64,000 bases of DNA from Candidatus Avisuccinivibrio stercorigallinarum (GCA_017694225.1 JADINH010000174.1:8807-72806); one strand, 5' to 3'. Positions 27,802-38,101 are shown, counted from the stretch's first letter. Made by a program: numbers and translations. The notes: generated by a model not told the origin, from the sequence alone.

Positions 27802-29868
27802 TTAGTAGAGTACAGAGATGTCAGCAGTATTGGACAGAATGGCTGCCAGCTTGGTCAGGATCAACAGACGGTTGTTCTTGAGCTTGGCATCCTCTGCGTT
27901 AACCATGACCTTCTCAAAGAAGTTGTCCACGTCAGCACGCAGCTCAGCCAACTTGGAGAGGGCTGCATCGTATGCACCTTCAGAGTAGCAGCGGTCAATC
28001 TCAGGCTTGAGAGCCGTGATGTGGCTGACCAGGTTCTTCTCAGCATCCTCAACCAGCAGTGTGGTATCGACATCACCGCTGACTGCCTCAGCCTTGGAGA
28101 GGATGTTGTTCACGCGCTTGTAGGCGGAAGCCAGATCCTCAGCTTCAGGCAGAGTCTTGAAGGACTGTACAGCCTTGACGCGCTTGTCAAAGTCGAGCAG
28201 TGAAACCGGCTTTACCGAGAGCACGGCCTGGAAGATCTCAGCGCCGATGCCCTGATCCTGATAGTAGGCCTTTAAGCGGTTGAACACGTAGTCAGCAACG
28301 TTGGCCGGGGTGTTAGGTGCAGTGACCTTGTCACCGAGCACAGCAGCGGTCTTGGCAATTGCATCGACCAGGCTGAACTCAAGCTTGTTCTCCAGCACGA
28401 TGCGGATCAGACCGATGGCAGCGCGGCGCAGACCATACGGATCTTTATCACCCTTAGGGAGCTGATTGATGCCAAAGATGCCAACTAAGGTCACGAGCTT
28501 TTCAGATAAGGATACAGCCATCGGCACCGGCTCAGTCGGGATGCGCTCACCAGCAAAGCGCGGCAGGTACTGCTCAAAGATGGCTTTGGAGACCGCAGGA
28601 TCTTCACCATCGAGCTCAGCGTAGTGCATGCCCATGATGCCCTGGGTGTCTGTAAACTCAGTCACCAGAGTGGTGGCCAGGTCGCACTTGGCAAGATAAG
28701 CGGCACGGCGGCACAGAGCTTCATTGGCCTTTAAGAAGGGAGCCAGCCAGGCTGCAGTCTCAGCCACTACTTCACTGCGGTAAGCAATAGTGCCGATGTC
28801 CTTCTGATAGACGATGTTCTCAAGGCGCTCGTGATAGTACTCAAGCTTGTGCTTTCTGTCGGTGTTGAAGAAGAACTCAGCATCAGACAGACGCGGTCTT
28901 ACCACACGCTCATTGCCGGCAATCAGAGTGGACGGATCAGCAGGGTTGATGTTGGAGACGAAAGCGAACTTAGGCAGCAGCTTGCCGTCATCAGAGTAAA
29001 TCGGGAAGTACTTCTGATCGCCCTTCATGGTGTACACCAGAGCTTCAGAAGGAACCTTCAGGAAGCGCTCCTCGAAGGAGGCTAAGAACACGTGCGGGTT
29101 CTCAACTAAGGAAGTGACTTCCTCAAGCAGTGCATCATCAAGATCAGCCTTGCCGTTGACGGAGGCTGCGAGCTCCTGCACCTGCTCCTTGATGGAGGCC
29201 TTGCGCTCTTCGTAATCAGCGATCACAGCGCCTTCGTTGCGCAGCTGATCGAGATAGGTGTCAGCACTCTGAATTTCTAAAGTCTGCTTGCCTAAGAAGC
29301 GGTGGCCGCGGATGGTCTTCGAGGACTCAACGCCGAGCACAGAGCCGGGGATCAATTCAGAACCATAGAGCATGCACAGAGTGTGTACCGGACGGACGAA
29401 CTCATCGTGCTTGTCACCCCAGTGCATCAGCTTAGGAATAGGCAGAGAAGCCAGGGCCTGCTTAAACATGTCAGGGATTAAGGCCACAGCCTCAGTGCCC
29501 TTCTTCTCGGTCTTGATGTAGAGCCACTCGCCTTTGTCAGTCTTTAAGGTCTGAGCCTCTGCCACCGTGATGCCGTGGCTCCTGGCCCAGCCTTCAGCAG
29601 CTTTGGTCGGAGTGCCGTCAGCGTTGAAAGCAGCCTTGACGGCAGGGCCCTTGATCTCCAGCACCTTGTCTTCCTGCTTTTCAGCAAGAGCCTTAACGAT
29701 TAAGGCCAGGCGGCGCGGAGTGGCGTACCAGGAGATGCTCTCATAGGCTAAGCCTTCTTTTTTAAGCAGAGCAGCGAAGTTGTCATTTAAAGCCTGGGCT
29801 AATTTGCGCAGAGCTTTGGGAGGCAGCTCTTCAGTGCCTAATTCGAGTAAGAGATTGTTAGTTGCCAT
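27802..29868 (-). CDS. glyS: Glycine--tRNA ligase beta subunit
   Basis: MATNNLLLELGTEELPPKAL matches the GlyS N-terminus. About 688 aa. The start lies 2 nt after the glyQ stop. Confidence 0.95.
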   Translation of the reverse strand: MATNNLLLELGTEELPPKALRKLAQALNDNFAALLKKEGLAYESISWYATPRRLALIVKALAEKQEDKVLEIKGPAVKAAFNADGTPTKAAEGWARSHGITVAEAQTLKTDKGEWLYIKTEKKGTEAVALIPDMFKQALASLPIPKLMHWGDKHDEFVRPVHTLCMLYGSELIPGSVLGVESSKTIRGHRFLGKQTLEIQSADTYLDQLRNEGAVIADYEERKASIKEQVQELAASVNGKADLDDALLEEVTSLVENPHVFLASFEERFLKVPSEALVYTMKGDQKYFPIYSDDGKLLPKFAFVSNINPADPSTLIAGNERVVRPRLSDAEFFFNTDRKHKLEYYHERLENIVYQKDIGTIAYRSEVVAETAAWLAPFLKANEALCRRAAYLAKCDLATTLVTEFTDTQGIMGMHYAELDGEDPAVSKAIFEQYLPRFAGERIPTEPVPMAVSLSEKLVTLVGIFGINQLPKGDKDPYGLRRAAIGLIRIVLENKLEFSLVDAIAKTAAVLGDKVTAPNTPANVADYVFNRLKAYYQDQGIGAEIFQAVLSVKPVSLLDFDKRVKAVQSFKTLPEAEDLASAYKRVNNILSKAEAVSGDVDTTLLVEDAEKNLVSHITALKPEIDRCYSEGAYDAALSKLAELRADVDNFFEKVMVNAEDAKLKNNRLLILTKLAAILSNTADISVLY

Positions 29869-29870
29869 GA

Positions 29871-30794
29871 TTACTTTGCCTCCTTGCCGTTCTTGCACAT
29901 CGGGAAGCCTAAGCTCTCGCGTGACTTGTAATAAGCCTCAGCCACTGCACGGGATAAAGTGCGGATGCGCAGAATGAAGCGCTGTCTCTCGGTCACGGAG
30001 ATAGCGTGACGGGCATCGAGCAGGTTGAAGCAGTGGGCTGCCTTGAGCACACGCTCGTAGGCCGGGAACGGAAGGGGAGTCTCCAGATTGAGCAGAGCGG
30101 TGCTCTCCTTCTCCATCTGATCGAACATCTTGAATAAGAAGTCAGTGTCGGCGTACTCAAAGTTGTAAGCAGACTGCTCAACTTCGTTCTGATGGAACAC
30201 GTCGCCGTAGGTCACGGTGCCGGTCTTGGTATTGGCCCACACTAAATCGTACACTGAGTTTTTGCCCTGAATGTACATGGCCAGACGCTCAAGGCCGTAG
30301 GTCAGCTCGCCGGTTACCGGGAAGCAGGGCAGTCCGCCTACCTGCTGGAAGTAAGTGAACTGAGAAACTTCCATGCCGTTGAGCCAGACTTCCCAGCCAA
30401 GGCCCCAGGCGCCGAGGGTCGGGTTTTCCCAGTTGTCCTCTACAAAGCGAATGTCGTTGACGGTGGGGTCAAAACCTAATTCTTTTAAGGAGCCCAGATA
30501 CAGATCCTGAATGTTGTCAGGGGAGGGCTTTAAGATCACCTGGAACTGATAGTAGTGCTGCAGGCGGTTGGGGTTCTCACCGTAACGGCCGTCTGTCGGT
30601 CTGCGGGACGGCTGCACATAGGCGCAGCAGAAAGGCTCAGGGCCTAAGGAACGCAGAAAGGTGTTCGGATGAGAGGTGCCGGCGCCAACTTCTAAATCAA
30701 ACGGCTGGGAGATCATGCAGCCTTGTCTCATCCAATAATCTTGTAAAGTAAAAATCAGACCTTGAAAGGTCTGAAGATCGTAGGTGTTAGACAT
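29871..30794 (-). CDS. glyQ: Glycine--tRNA ligase alpha subunit
   Basis: Near-identical blocks to my recollection of E. coli GlyQ ([68 protein letters not shown]). Confidence 0.95.
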   Translation of the reverse strand: MSNTYDLQTFQGLIFTLQDYWMRQGCMISQPFDLEVGAGTSHPNTFLRSLGPEPFCCAYVQPSRRPTDGRYGENPNRLQHYYQFQVILKPSPDNIQDLYLGSLKELGFDPTVNDIRFVEDNWENPTLGAWGLGWEVWLNGMEVSQFTYFQQVGGLPCFPVTGELTYGLERLAMYIQGKNSVYDLVWANTKTGTVTYGDVFHQNEVEQSAYNFEYADTDFLFKMFDQMEKESTALLNLETPLPFPAYERVLKAAHCFNLLDARHAISVTERQRFILRIRTLSRAVAEAYYKSRESLGFPMCKNGKEAK

Positions 30795-30896
30795 ATTGAA
30801 TAAATCCAAAAACGGATAACAAAAAATTGGGGATATTTTAGCAGAAACTAAGGCCTCAGAGCCTGATAAATTCAGGCTTTTAGGCGCATTACGCCA

Positions 30897-31124
30897 TTAA
30901 GTTTCCTTGCGCAGCACAAAGCGTGCCGGATGGTCATCATCGGGCTTGGCAAGCAGAGTGTGGCCCAGGAATTTGCAGTAAGCCGGAACGTCGCGCAGCG
31001 ATACCGGATCGTCAGAGAAGAGTTCAATCTCGTCGCCGCGTTCTATCTTGCGCATTTTTGCCTTGACCAGCATCAGCGGTTCAGGGCAGGAAAGTCCGCG
31101 GGCATCAATGGTAAATACAGTCAT
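30897..31124 (-). CDS. TusA/SirA-family sulfurtransferase-like protein
   Basis: 75 aa with the DARGLSCPEPLM active-site Cys motif characteristic of TusA-like proteins. Confidence 0.8.
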   Translation of the reverse strand: MTVFTIDARGLSCPEPLMLVKAKMRKIERGDEIELFSDDPVSLRDVPAYCKFLGHTLLAKPDDDHPARFVLRKET

Positions 31125-31478
31125 GCAGTTACAGCGGCAAAGCCGCGCTTTCTCCTCAACTTTAATTAAAATAAAAGCTAAATTGTTACCGGTAACCTTA
31201 GCCGGATTTTATTTATGATTTAGTGTCGGAAGGCATCGGCTGCCATTTGCTCAAATTTTAACAAAGCAGGAAATTATCCGAAAGTATGCCGTGTTAATAG
31301 CTGATTTTATTGATAAAATCATTTTGATGTTATTTAGCAGAATCATAGAAATATATGCCGGAATTTTTCGCAAATGCTGTGTAATGTTGTAAAATGTTTT
31401 TAACATAGATAAGGGGTATTGCGTGTCAATCCTTCTAAGAGAGAAGTTTACTTTTGTTTTTAATAAGGATGTTTTCGT

Positions 31479-31787
31479 ATGTTAACTAAGCATTTACCAA
31501 AACCCTCAAAATTGGCTTCTTTTAATGATCCGAAGACAGATGCAGAGTGGGAAGAATATTTTGCATACAGAAAAAAGTACGACATGCCTATGTCGGAAGA
31601 AGAACAACTCGCTCTCGCAACCAAATTGCTAGATATTGACCCAAAAAATCCAGAGTTTGGTATCTTAGCACGCAAGTTGCCGATGGATCCTGCTTCAGCA
31701 ATGTCTTATAAAAAACTCTTTGGTCTTAAAGCAGTCTCAGACGTAAATTTATATGACGCAAAGTTAGCCTTTCCTGATGAGTTTTAA
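31479..31787 (+). CDS. Hypothetical protein (102 aa), AT-rich
   Basis: Clean ORF in visibly AT-rich DNA, tightly followed by a second ORF and a strong terminator. I recognise no family. Confidence 0.5.
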   Translation: MLTKHLPKPSKLASFNDPKTDAEWEEYFAYRKKYDMPMSEEEQLALATKLLDIDPKNPEFGILARKLPMDPASAMSYKKLFGLKAVSDVNLYDAKLAFPDEF

Positions 31788-31805
31788 TCAAAAGCCAATA
31801 TTGTA

Positions 31806-32351
31806 TTGTCTATAATGGGTATTGAGATGGATGTTGATATTTCTGATTTTAGTTTAGACGAAAGTTGTAATAAGGAGCTTGATGAATATTTCAAAACACT
31901 TCAGTTGGCTAAATCGACAAGTCACGTCTTTAAAAAAGCATTGCAGAATACTGATTTGTTTTTGAATTTTGCAGAATCAAGGCAGAATTATAGAAATATT
32001 ATTATAAATGTACGTAATACCTATAACATTAAATCAATTTTATTGTGCGAATTTGCCTGTCTTGAGATTGAACTGATGACTATCGATAAAAGTAATAATC
32101 AGGCAATAAAAGTGGAATTGGACTCAATAAATGCAGGCTTAACCCGTATTAAGGATGTACTTGATTCTTACGGCAATATTGAGGATCCAAATAAATATGT
32201 AAACTTCCTGCTGGAAGCAGATATTTCTTCGAAAGGTTCTTGCGAAAAAAATACAGGCCTGCCTGTTGATCAGAAGCTTAGAGCTATTAAGTCTCAAATT
32301 TCTTCTTTAAATAATGCACAAACAGCAGAAAACTTTGATGAGATCAAATAA
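31806..32351 (+). CDS. Hypothetical protein (about 180 aa), AT-rich, predicted helical
   Basis: ORF 19 nt downstream of the previous one, with the same atypical composition. No recognisable motif. The start could be the ATG at 31815. Confidence 0.5.
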   Translation: MSIMGIEMDVDISDFSLDESCNKELDEYFKTLQLAKSTSHVFKKALQNTDLFLNFAESRQNYRNIIINVRNTYNIKSILLCEFACLEIELMTIDKSNNQAIKVELDSINAGLTRIKDVLDSYGNIEDPNKYVNFLLEADISSKGSCEKNTGLPVDQKLRAIKSQISSLNNAQTAENFDEIK

Positions 32352-32434
32352 AGGTTTTCTCATTTATTGAACTATATTGCTGAAAATTTCACAGGCCGTC
32401 AGCTCTAACATTAAGCACCTCACGACCAACTGCC

Positions 32435-32470
32435 GCCCAAGCTGAAAACCGCATTAGCTTGGGCTTTTTG
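32435..32470 (+). terminator. Rho-independent terminator after the two-gene AT-rich cassette
   Basis: GCCCAAGCT-N12-AGCTTGGGC followed by TTTTT. Confidence 0.7.
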
Positions 32471-32607
32471 TTGCTATTATACCCTTCATAGGCCGATTTA
32501 CATAAATTCACGAAAATATGAAATAATCATTTATTAATTCCTTTAAAATATAGGGCAACCATAGTATAATAATTTTAACGGAATTTACGATGATTTTTGG
32601 AGGTTTT

Positions 32608-33501
32608 ATGGCAGTTCCTGAAGAAGTAAGAAATGTTCAAAGGCCTGTAAATACCGTAGTTATCAACACGGGCAAGGACGGCCCGTATCGGTACGCGGTA
32701 CGCGCGCGGACAGGTGTCAAATACTTAGGAGCTAACAGAAACCCTCAGCCTATCAACGGAAAAATCATCGGTCACATCATCAACCTCACCTACGTTCCAA
32801 AGGTTTTAGAAACCGTGGACTGCGATCCGCCTCACAAATCCTATGGCATGGCTAAACTTGCCCAAATGTATTCCCAAGATCTTTTGCAGGATTTGCTGGA
32901 GATCATGCCTGCCCATGAGGCCTATAAGCTCATGGCAACAGCCATGGTCAGAGTTGTGAGCCCTTATACTGCCTTCAGCAGGGTCAGTCAACGTTACAGA
33001 GATTCATTTGTATCGGAGTTCATGCCTAACGCGGCACTAAGCGGTTCCACCTTAACAAAGTTTGTCCGTGCTCTTGGCTGCAATGAAAAGATGAGAATGA
33101 GCTTTTATCAAAAGCGCTATGAAGCAGTTTCTGAGGATCACCATATCGCTATTGATGGCACACTCAGGCAGGACAGCAGCATAGTGAATGACTTGAGCCG
33201 TTTCTCTTATAAAGGCCGGGTTAAAGGTGTTAAGGACGTATCGATCCTCTATGCTTATGACATCGAGCTCATGGAGCCGATTTGCTCTCAGGTCTTTCCT
33301 GGAAATCATATTGATGCGGCTTCCTTTGGCGCTTTTATTGAGACCAATAAAATCGACCGTGGCATAATCATTGCTGATAAAGGCTTCCCCTTTAGAGCCG
33401 CAGAAGATAAGTTCAAGGCCCGCCCGCAATTGCATTATATGCTGCCAATGAAGCGCAATGACAGGCGCATCAAAGCTTACGAGCTGACGCTGTATGACGG
33501 C
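32608..33501 (+). pseudogene. N-terminal part of an IS4/IS1634-like DDE transposase gene, interrupted by an IS21-family insertion
   Basis: The ORF reads ...KAYELTLYDG and then runs into the IS21 end at 33502. Removing 33502-38101 joins it in frame to 38102 (...LYDG|ILSNVEGVHYKK...). The ATG at 32608 is preceded by GGAGG. Confidence 0.8.
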
Positions 33502-33797
33502 TGTGGGGTAGATCTAATTTCAGACAACTTTTGACATAGCCAAAAGGTCGTTAAAACATAAAAACCGACAGCCATTTCGCCCCCTGCTCTCCATAACCAC
33601 CTCTGAAGCCTCAAAATTTAATTAAAAGTTATCAAATTTACTGTTGAGATGATACAAGACAGCTCTTGCAATGATTTGAAATGAGCGCTATCTTTTCTGC
33701 AATCTTGATAGAAATAGACAAGAGAAATTTTGGTTAAATTATTTAAAAGCAGCTTGATGATTTTTTACCTTTCTCAAGCTGCGAAAAATAAATCACT

Positions 33798-34433
33798 ATG
33801 CGAAAAACTATATCACGCGGGCAGTTTTTGCTCCACTCCAAACAAGGCAGCACTGGCGCCTTAGAAATCGACTGCCAATTTACAGGCAGACGCAGCTCAT
33901 TACTTCCTGATGCAGCACTGTCAGCTCATGGCAGCTATACCCGCACCATGCCCCCAAGCTTTTTTACAGACGGCAGGGAGATTCACCTGCATCTGCCGCG
34001 CTTCCGCTATAAAGATGCGCACGGGGCCCGCAGGACACTGTCCTGCCGGCCGTACTTCCTGCAGGAGTATGCGCATCACCCGATGCCGGTTCTGATAGTG
34101 CTGTATATCTTAAAGCTGTGCAAGGATGCCAAAAGTGCTGTTGAGGGTATGGCCCGTGGCATGGATGAACGCAAAGCCTTTGCTGTTGGTATGCTGCACA
34201 GCAGCCGCCGCTTAATCGTGCGCACCGGTCTCTCCTTTGCCGCACGCCGCTCTCAGCTCGCAACAGTGCGGCGTTTTCTGCTCGACTTCTTTGGCAGCAG
34301 CTTTAACTGCCGTAAGTTCGCTGCTGATATCTCCGGCCAGAAAAGGCGGAAGTTACTCTCAGCCAATCCGTCGCTGGAGGCCATCAGTAAGCTGTTTCAG
34401 GCTGGGCATGAGTCCTGCGCACACCGTCTGTGA
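33798..34433 (+). CDS. Hypothetical Arg-rich protein inside the IS21 element, upstream of istA (coding status uncertain)
   Basis: 211-aa ORF. The segment HGSYTRT...LPRFRYKDAHGARRTLSCRPYFLQEY loosely recalls zinc-ribbon accessory domains seen next to transposases, but it lacks the cysteines. Overlapping alternative-frame ORFs weaken the call. Confidence 0.3.
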   Translation: MRKTISRGQFLLHSKQGSTGALEIDCQFTGRRSSLLPDAALSAHGSYTRTMPPSFFTDGREIHLHLPRFRYKDAHGARRTLSCRPYFLQEYAHHPMPVLIVLYILKLCKDAKSAVEGMARGMDERKAFAVGMLHSSRRLIVRTGLSFAARRSQLATVRRFLLDFFGSSFNCRKFAADISGQKRRKLLSANPSLEAISKLFQAGHESCAHRL

Positions 34434-34604
34434 GGCACATAATATCTAATTCCATATAGTTTTACGGAGGTTGAGTTAGTGTGAGATAACGTGTCAAAAA
34501 CTCCCGCAAAAATCGAACACAGACTTTAGGGCCGGCGGGGGCCTGAGGCTCCATACAATGCGTGCCGTACCGATTTTGGTGCGTATTATTTACAAGGAGC
34601 CAAC

Positions 34605-36353
34605 ATGGCTATTGACATTCAAACTACGCGGCGCACGCTTATAGCTTTGGCGAAAAATCCTGAGCAGAGTGTTCGTGCGCTCGCAGAAAAGGTGGGCATA
34701 GGCAAGGACAAAGTCTACGAGCTCAAAGATAAACTAGAAAAGAGCAAGCTTACGGAAGAGCAGATTGCCAGCATGCCTGACGAGGAGCTGTCAAAGCGTT
34801 TTAATAGCAAACAAGACCGCAAGCCCTGGGTTTACATGGACTTTATCGAGGTCTTTCACTTCTCCAACAAAAATAAAGAGCATAAGCCCGGAAGCAATGC
34901 CGCGATCTTGGACGCCTGGCGGAAGCTGTACCTGCAGGGCATCTTTGGATTTACGCAGGATGTCAATCCGGCATTCCCTGGCCAGCTGCCGGACGGGTGC
35001 ATGCCCTTTGCGACCTTTCTCAGGAAATACCGCGAGTGGGAGAAGCTCCATGGTGTTAAGCCCGTTAAGGCCGCTTCGGCAGAGACCGGTCCGATCGCTT
35101 CCGATATTACGGAGGTACTGCCAGGCAGTCAGATGCAGATTGATGCCAGCGGTGATCCGGTTTACTGGAAAACACCGTCAGGCAGGATCATCAAGTCTGT
35201 GTTATTTGTGGCAGTACTGGCTTTCTCAGGATTGGTCTTTGCCTGGCTCGGCCCAGATCACTCGGTGCGCACCTGGTGCAGGTTCATCATTGCTGCAGTG
35301 AAGCATTTCGGCGGCAGAGTTGACAGCATAAAAAGCGACAATGAGGCCGCACTGACCTGGCGCAGAAAAATCACCGCAGTCGACGGCACCAGGCTGTGGT
35401 CTATTACCGTTAACCCCACGGTGCTTTATATTAACAGGCGTCTGGGGATGGAGAGCTTTTTATGCGACAGTTACAGTGCGACTGAAAAGGCCTTAAATGA
35501 AAGGGCTGTGGGCTCAATGCAGCGGTTTAAAGGCGTCGTGCTGGGGCACAGCATGGATGACCTGCCTGTAGCCGTCAGCTATGATGCTGTCAATGAGATG
35601 CTGCAGCTCGATGTGGCGGAGTTTAACAGCCGCCCGGTTAAAGACCGCAAGAGCTCCAGACAAGCCTTTTTTGAGGCCTTTGAGCGCCAGCACCTGAAGC
35701 CTGTTACTGTCGGTGAAATCCGCATCCCGGACAAGGTGGATGACAAACACTCAGTCAGCGCATCTGGGTATATCAGGGTCAAAGGCAACAACTACTACGT
35801 CGGTGAAAAATATGCTGCCTGTTCCGTACTGGTGCTGTTTTTCCCTGATAACAAAATTGAAATCCTGCAGCCCTCGGATTACACCAAGCTCAAAGAGTAC
35901 GACCTCGATACCAGGCCGTATCCGCGCGTGCGCAATATCAAACACCCGGAGGACTACACCAGCAGCGAGCGTTTCGTCTCCCGCTCGCTTGATGACCTCC
36001 TGGAGGACTGCCGCAGACGCATGCCTGACATCGCCGATGAAGTGGAGCAGGTACTGCGCAAATTCTTTAACCACAGCCGCCTGCCGGATGCAGGAAAGAA
36101 ACAAACTGGAAACCGCCTGCTCAAGCTGTGCGGCAAGTTCTACAACTCCGCACCAACACAGCTCAAACAAGGACTGGACTGCATTCTGCATGCAGGCCGG
36201 TTTGACAACGTGACCATTATATCCGTGCTTGAGGATTTCATATCCGTGTCGACCGTCACTGCGCCCAGAACCTCAACAGCTAAAGAAATACAAATTATTA
36301 AAAATAATTCTGAATTTGGCCTTAATGCCATGGATAAGGAAGATAACAGATGA
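34605..36353 (+). CDS. istA: IS21-family transposase IstA
   Basis: 582 aa with an N-terminal HTH (SVRALAEKVGIGKDKVYELK), a DDE integrase core (QMQIDASG..., IKSDNEAAL) and 3' overlap with istB (ATGA). Confidence 0.9.
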   Translation: MAIDIQTTRRTLIALAKNPEQSVRALAEKVGIGKDKVYELKDKLEKSKLTEEQIASMPDEELSKRFNSKQDRKPWVYMDFIEVFHFSNKNKEHKPGSNAAILDAWRKLYLQGIFGFTQDVNPAFPGQLPDGCMPFATFLRKYREWEKLHGVKPVKAASAETGPIASDITEVLPGSQMQIDASGDPVYWKTPSGRIIKSVLFVAVLAFSGLVFAWLGPDHSVRTWCRFIIAAVKHFGGRVDSIKSDNEAALTWRRKITAVDGTRLWSITVNPTVLYINRRLGMESFLCDSYSATEKALNERAVGSMQRFKGVVLGHSMDDLPVAVSYDAVNEMLQLDVAEFNSRPVKDRKSSRQAFFEAFERQHLKPVTVGEIRIPDKVDDKHSVSASGYIRVKGNNYYVGEKYAACSVLVLFFPDNKIEILQPSDYTKLKEYDLDTRPYPRVRNIKHPEDYTSSERFVSRSLDDLLEDCRRRMPDIADEVEQVLRKFFNHSRLPDAGKKQTGNRLLKLCGKFYNSAPTQLKQGLDCILHAGRFDNVTIISVLEDFISVSTVTAPRTSTAKEIQIIKNNSEFGLNAMDKEDNR

Positions 36354-37141
36354 TTACCAAGGATTTAAATGAAATCACCCGGGAAGACGTGGTGAACCTC
36401 TGCCAGGAAACCCCGCTGAGCCGTGCAATATGCGCCAGCTTTGTTGCACAGAGCAGCGATGACAGGTTCCCCCTGCTCCACTTCAACGCACAGTTCTACG
36501 TAGTGATGCATGATTACCTGGACAAGCTTGCTGTGCGCCGTATTCAGCGCGGCAAAGACAAGGCAGGCATGCCCAAAGTCACCATGCACGAAATCAGCCA
36601 GGAGCCGGCGCACAGGAATCAATTTGAGCAGATCACAAACTGGATTAACAGCGCCTCCATTGAAGAACAGCGCGATGTGTTCTGCATTGGCGAAACCGGC
36701 GTAGGCAAAACAAATTTTGCCATGAATATTCTGAATGAACTGATTAAGCGCGGCTTCAAAGTGCACTACTATGACTACTGCCTGCTCATATACTCACTCA
36801 GGTGCCTGCTCGGCACCGAGGGCTACAACCAAAAGCTCGACGAGTTTTCAAAGCATAAGGCAGTTCTGCTCGATGACTTCTTGTTCCGCCCGGTATTACC
36901 GGGCGAGGTTGAGATTTTGAAAGATATCATCGACCGCTGCCACAGCAATGGCTGCTCAATAATTATTACCACTCAGGTTGCTGAGAAGGACTGGAAGGCC
37001 CATCTGGGCAGCGGCCTGGCCGTGGATGCCTGCATTGACCGCCTGTGCAACGGGCCGTTCATCGTCAAGTTCGCGGGCAAGTCCTACCGCAGCCGTGAGG
37101 CTGAGCATATGGACATCAACAATCAGCAGGAGGAGGCCTGA
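36350..37141 (+). CDS. istB: IS21-family helper ATPase IstB
   Basis: Walker A motif GETGVGKTNFA and Walker B motif VLLDDF. The size (263 aa) and position after istA fit IstB. Confidence 0.9.
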   Translation: MITKDLNEITREDVVNLCQETPLSRAICASFVAQSSDDRFPLLHFNAQFYVVMHDYLDKLAVRRIQRGKDKAGMPKVTMHEISQEPAHRNQFEQITNWINSASIEEQRDVFCIGETGVGKTNFAMNILNELIKRGFKVHYYDYCLLIYSLRCLLGTEGYNQKLDEFSKHKAVLLDDFLFRPVLPGEVEILKDIIDRCHSNGCSIIITTQVAEKDWKAHLGSGLAVDACIDRLCNGPFIVKFAGKSYRSREAEHMDINNQQEEA

Positions 37142-37143
37142 CA

Positions 37144-37899
37144 ATGAAGGAGCAAAAAATGGAACAAAAGCAGAATTTGGCAAATAGCGAAGAGCAGGCT
37201 GACGGTATCATGTATCAAGATGATACGATGATACATGATACCAAATCGGGCTTGGAAGAGCCTGCTGCCCAGCGCAGTGCCAATGTTACCTTTGAAGAGG
37301 CTGCACAGGTCATTGAGGAGCTGGAGAGCGAGCAGGCCGAAGTTAATCCACGCACAATGAGGGCACGTCTCGGCCGCGGCTCATATACGCACCTGAGAGA
37401 TTTATATAAACTGTATAACGAAAAAAAGCTCAAAGAAGCTGAGGCTTTTACTGCACTCAATGTCGATGCCAAAGACATGGAGATGCGGGCCAAAGAACTG
37501 GTGAGCCTGGCGGTGCAAAGCAATTACCGCATCGTCAACGAAGAGCGTGAGTTCAACCGCACTCAACTTAAAAACTGCCAGGCGCGATATGACGCTCTGG
37601 TGCAGGGATACAAGAAGGAGATTGAACAGCTTAAGGCTGATAAAACCGACCTGAGCGAGGATCTGAAAAAGGCCCGCAATGAAGTGGAATCTACGGCACT
37701 GAAGCTGGCCAATAAAACAACGGAGCACATAAATCTGCAGAAGGAGAATGCTGCGCTGAAAGCCACAAAAACTGAACAGGCTGAGCGGATCGCCGAGCTC
37801 AAGAGCCAGATTGAAACGCTGACCAAAGCAGTCAATCAGCTGAGCAAGAAGCAGGAAAAGGAAGAGGGAATGAAGAAGGAGGATAAACCTAAAGCATAG
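37144..37899 (+). CDS. KfrA-N-like DNA-binding / coiled-coil protein encoded as a third gene of the IS21 element
   Basis: VTFEEAAQVIEELESEQAEVNPRTMRARLGRGSYTHLRDLYKLY resembles the KfrA N-terminal DNA-binding domain. It is followed by about 150 aa of heptad-like E/K/L/Q-rich sequence. The start is 3 nt after the istB stop. Confidence 0.6.
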   Translation: MKEQKMEQKQNLANSEEQADGIMYQDDTMIHDTKSGLEEPAAQRSANVTFEEAAQVIEELESEQAEVNPRTMRARLGRGSYTHLRDLYKLYNEKKLKEAEAFTALNVDAKDMEMRAKELVSLAVQSNYRIVNEEREFNRTQLKNCQARYDALVQGYKKEIEQLKADKTDLSEDLKKARNEVESTALKLANKTTEHINLQKENAALKATKTEQAERIAELKSQIETLTKAVNQLSKKQEKEEGMKKEDKPKA

Positions 37900-38101
37900 A
37901 GTTAAATGCAAAGAGGCGGGGTTCTGAACAGGAGCTCCGCTTCCGATCCTGCCCACCGCAAGAACAGCGATCACAAAGATCCAGAAGCAGCAAAGAGCTG
38001 CCCTCATCAACTGTCTGTTTTTATGTAAAGCCCGTCAAATTCAAGTTGTCGGTTTTTATGTTTTAAAGTGTCTGGTTTTATGTTTACCTGACAATGACGG
38101 C

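Larger units (their letters stand above)
33502..38093 (+). mobile_element. IS21-family insertion sequence (4,592 bp) with istA, istB and extra cargo ORFs
   Basis: Termini are TGT...ACA, flanked by an 8-bp direct repeat ATGACGGC (33494-33501 and 38094-38101). Repeated subterminal motifs are present: AAAACATAAAAACCGACA at the left end, and three GTC(T/G)G(T)TTTTATGT copies at the right end. The element carries an istA/istB pair. Confidence 0.85.
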
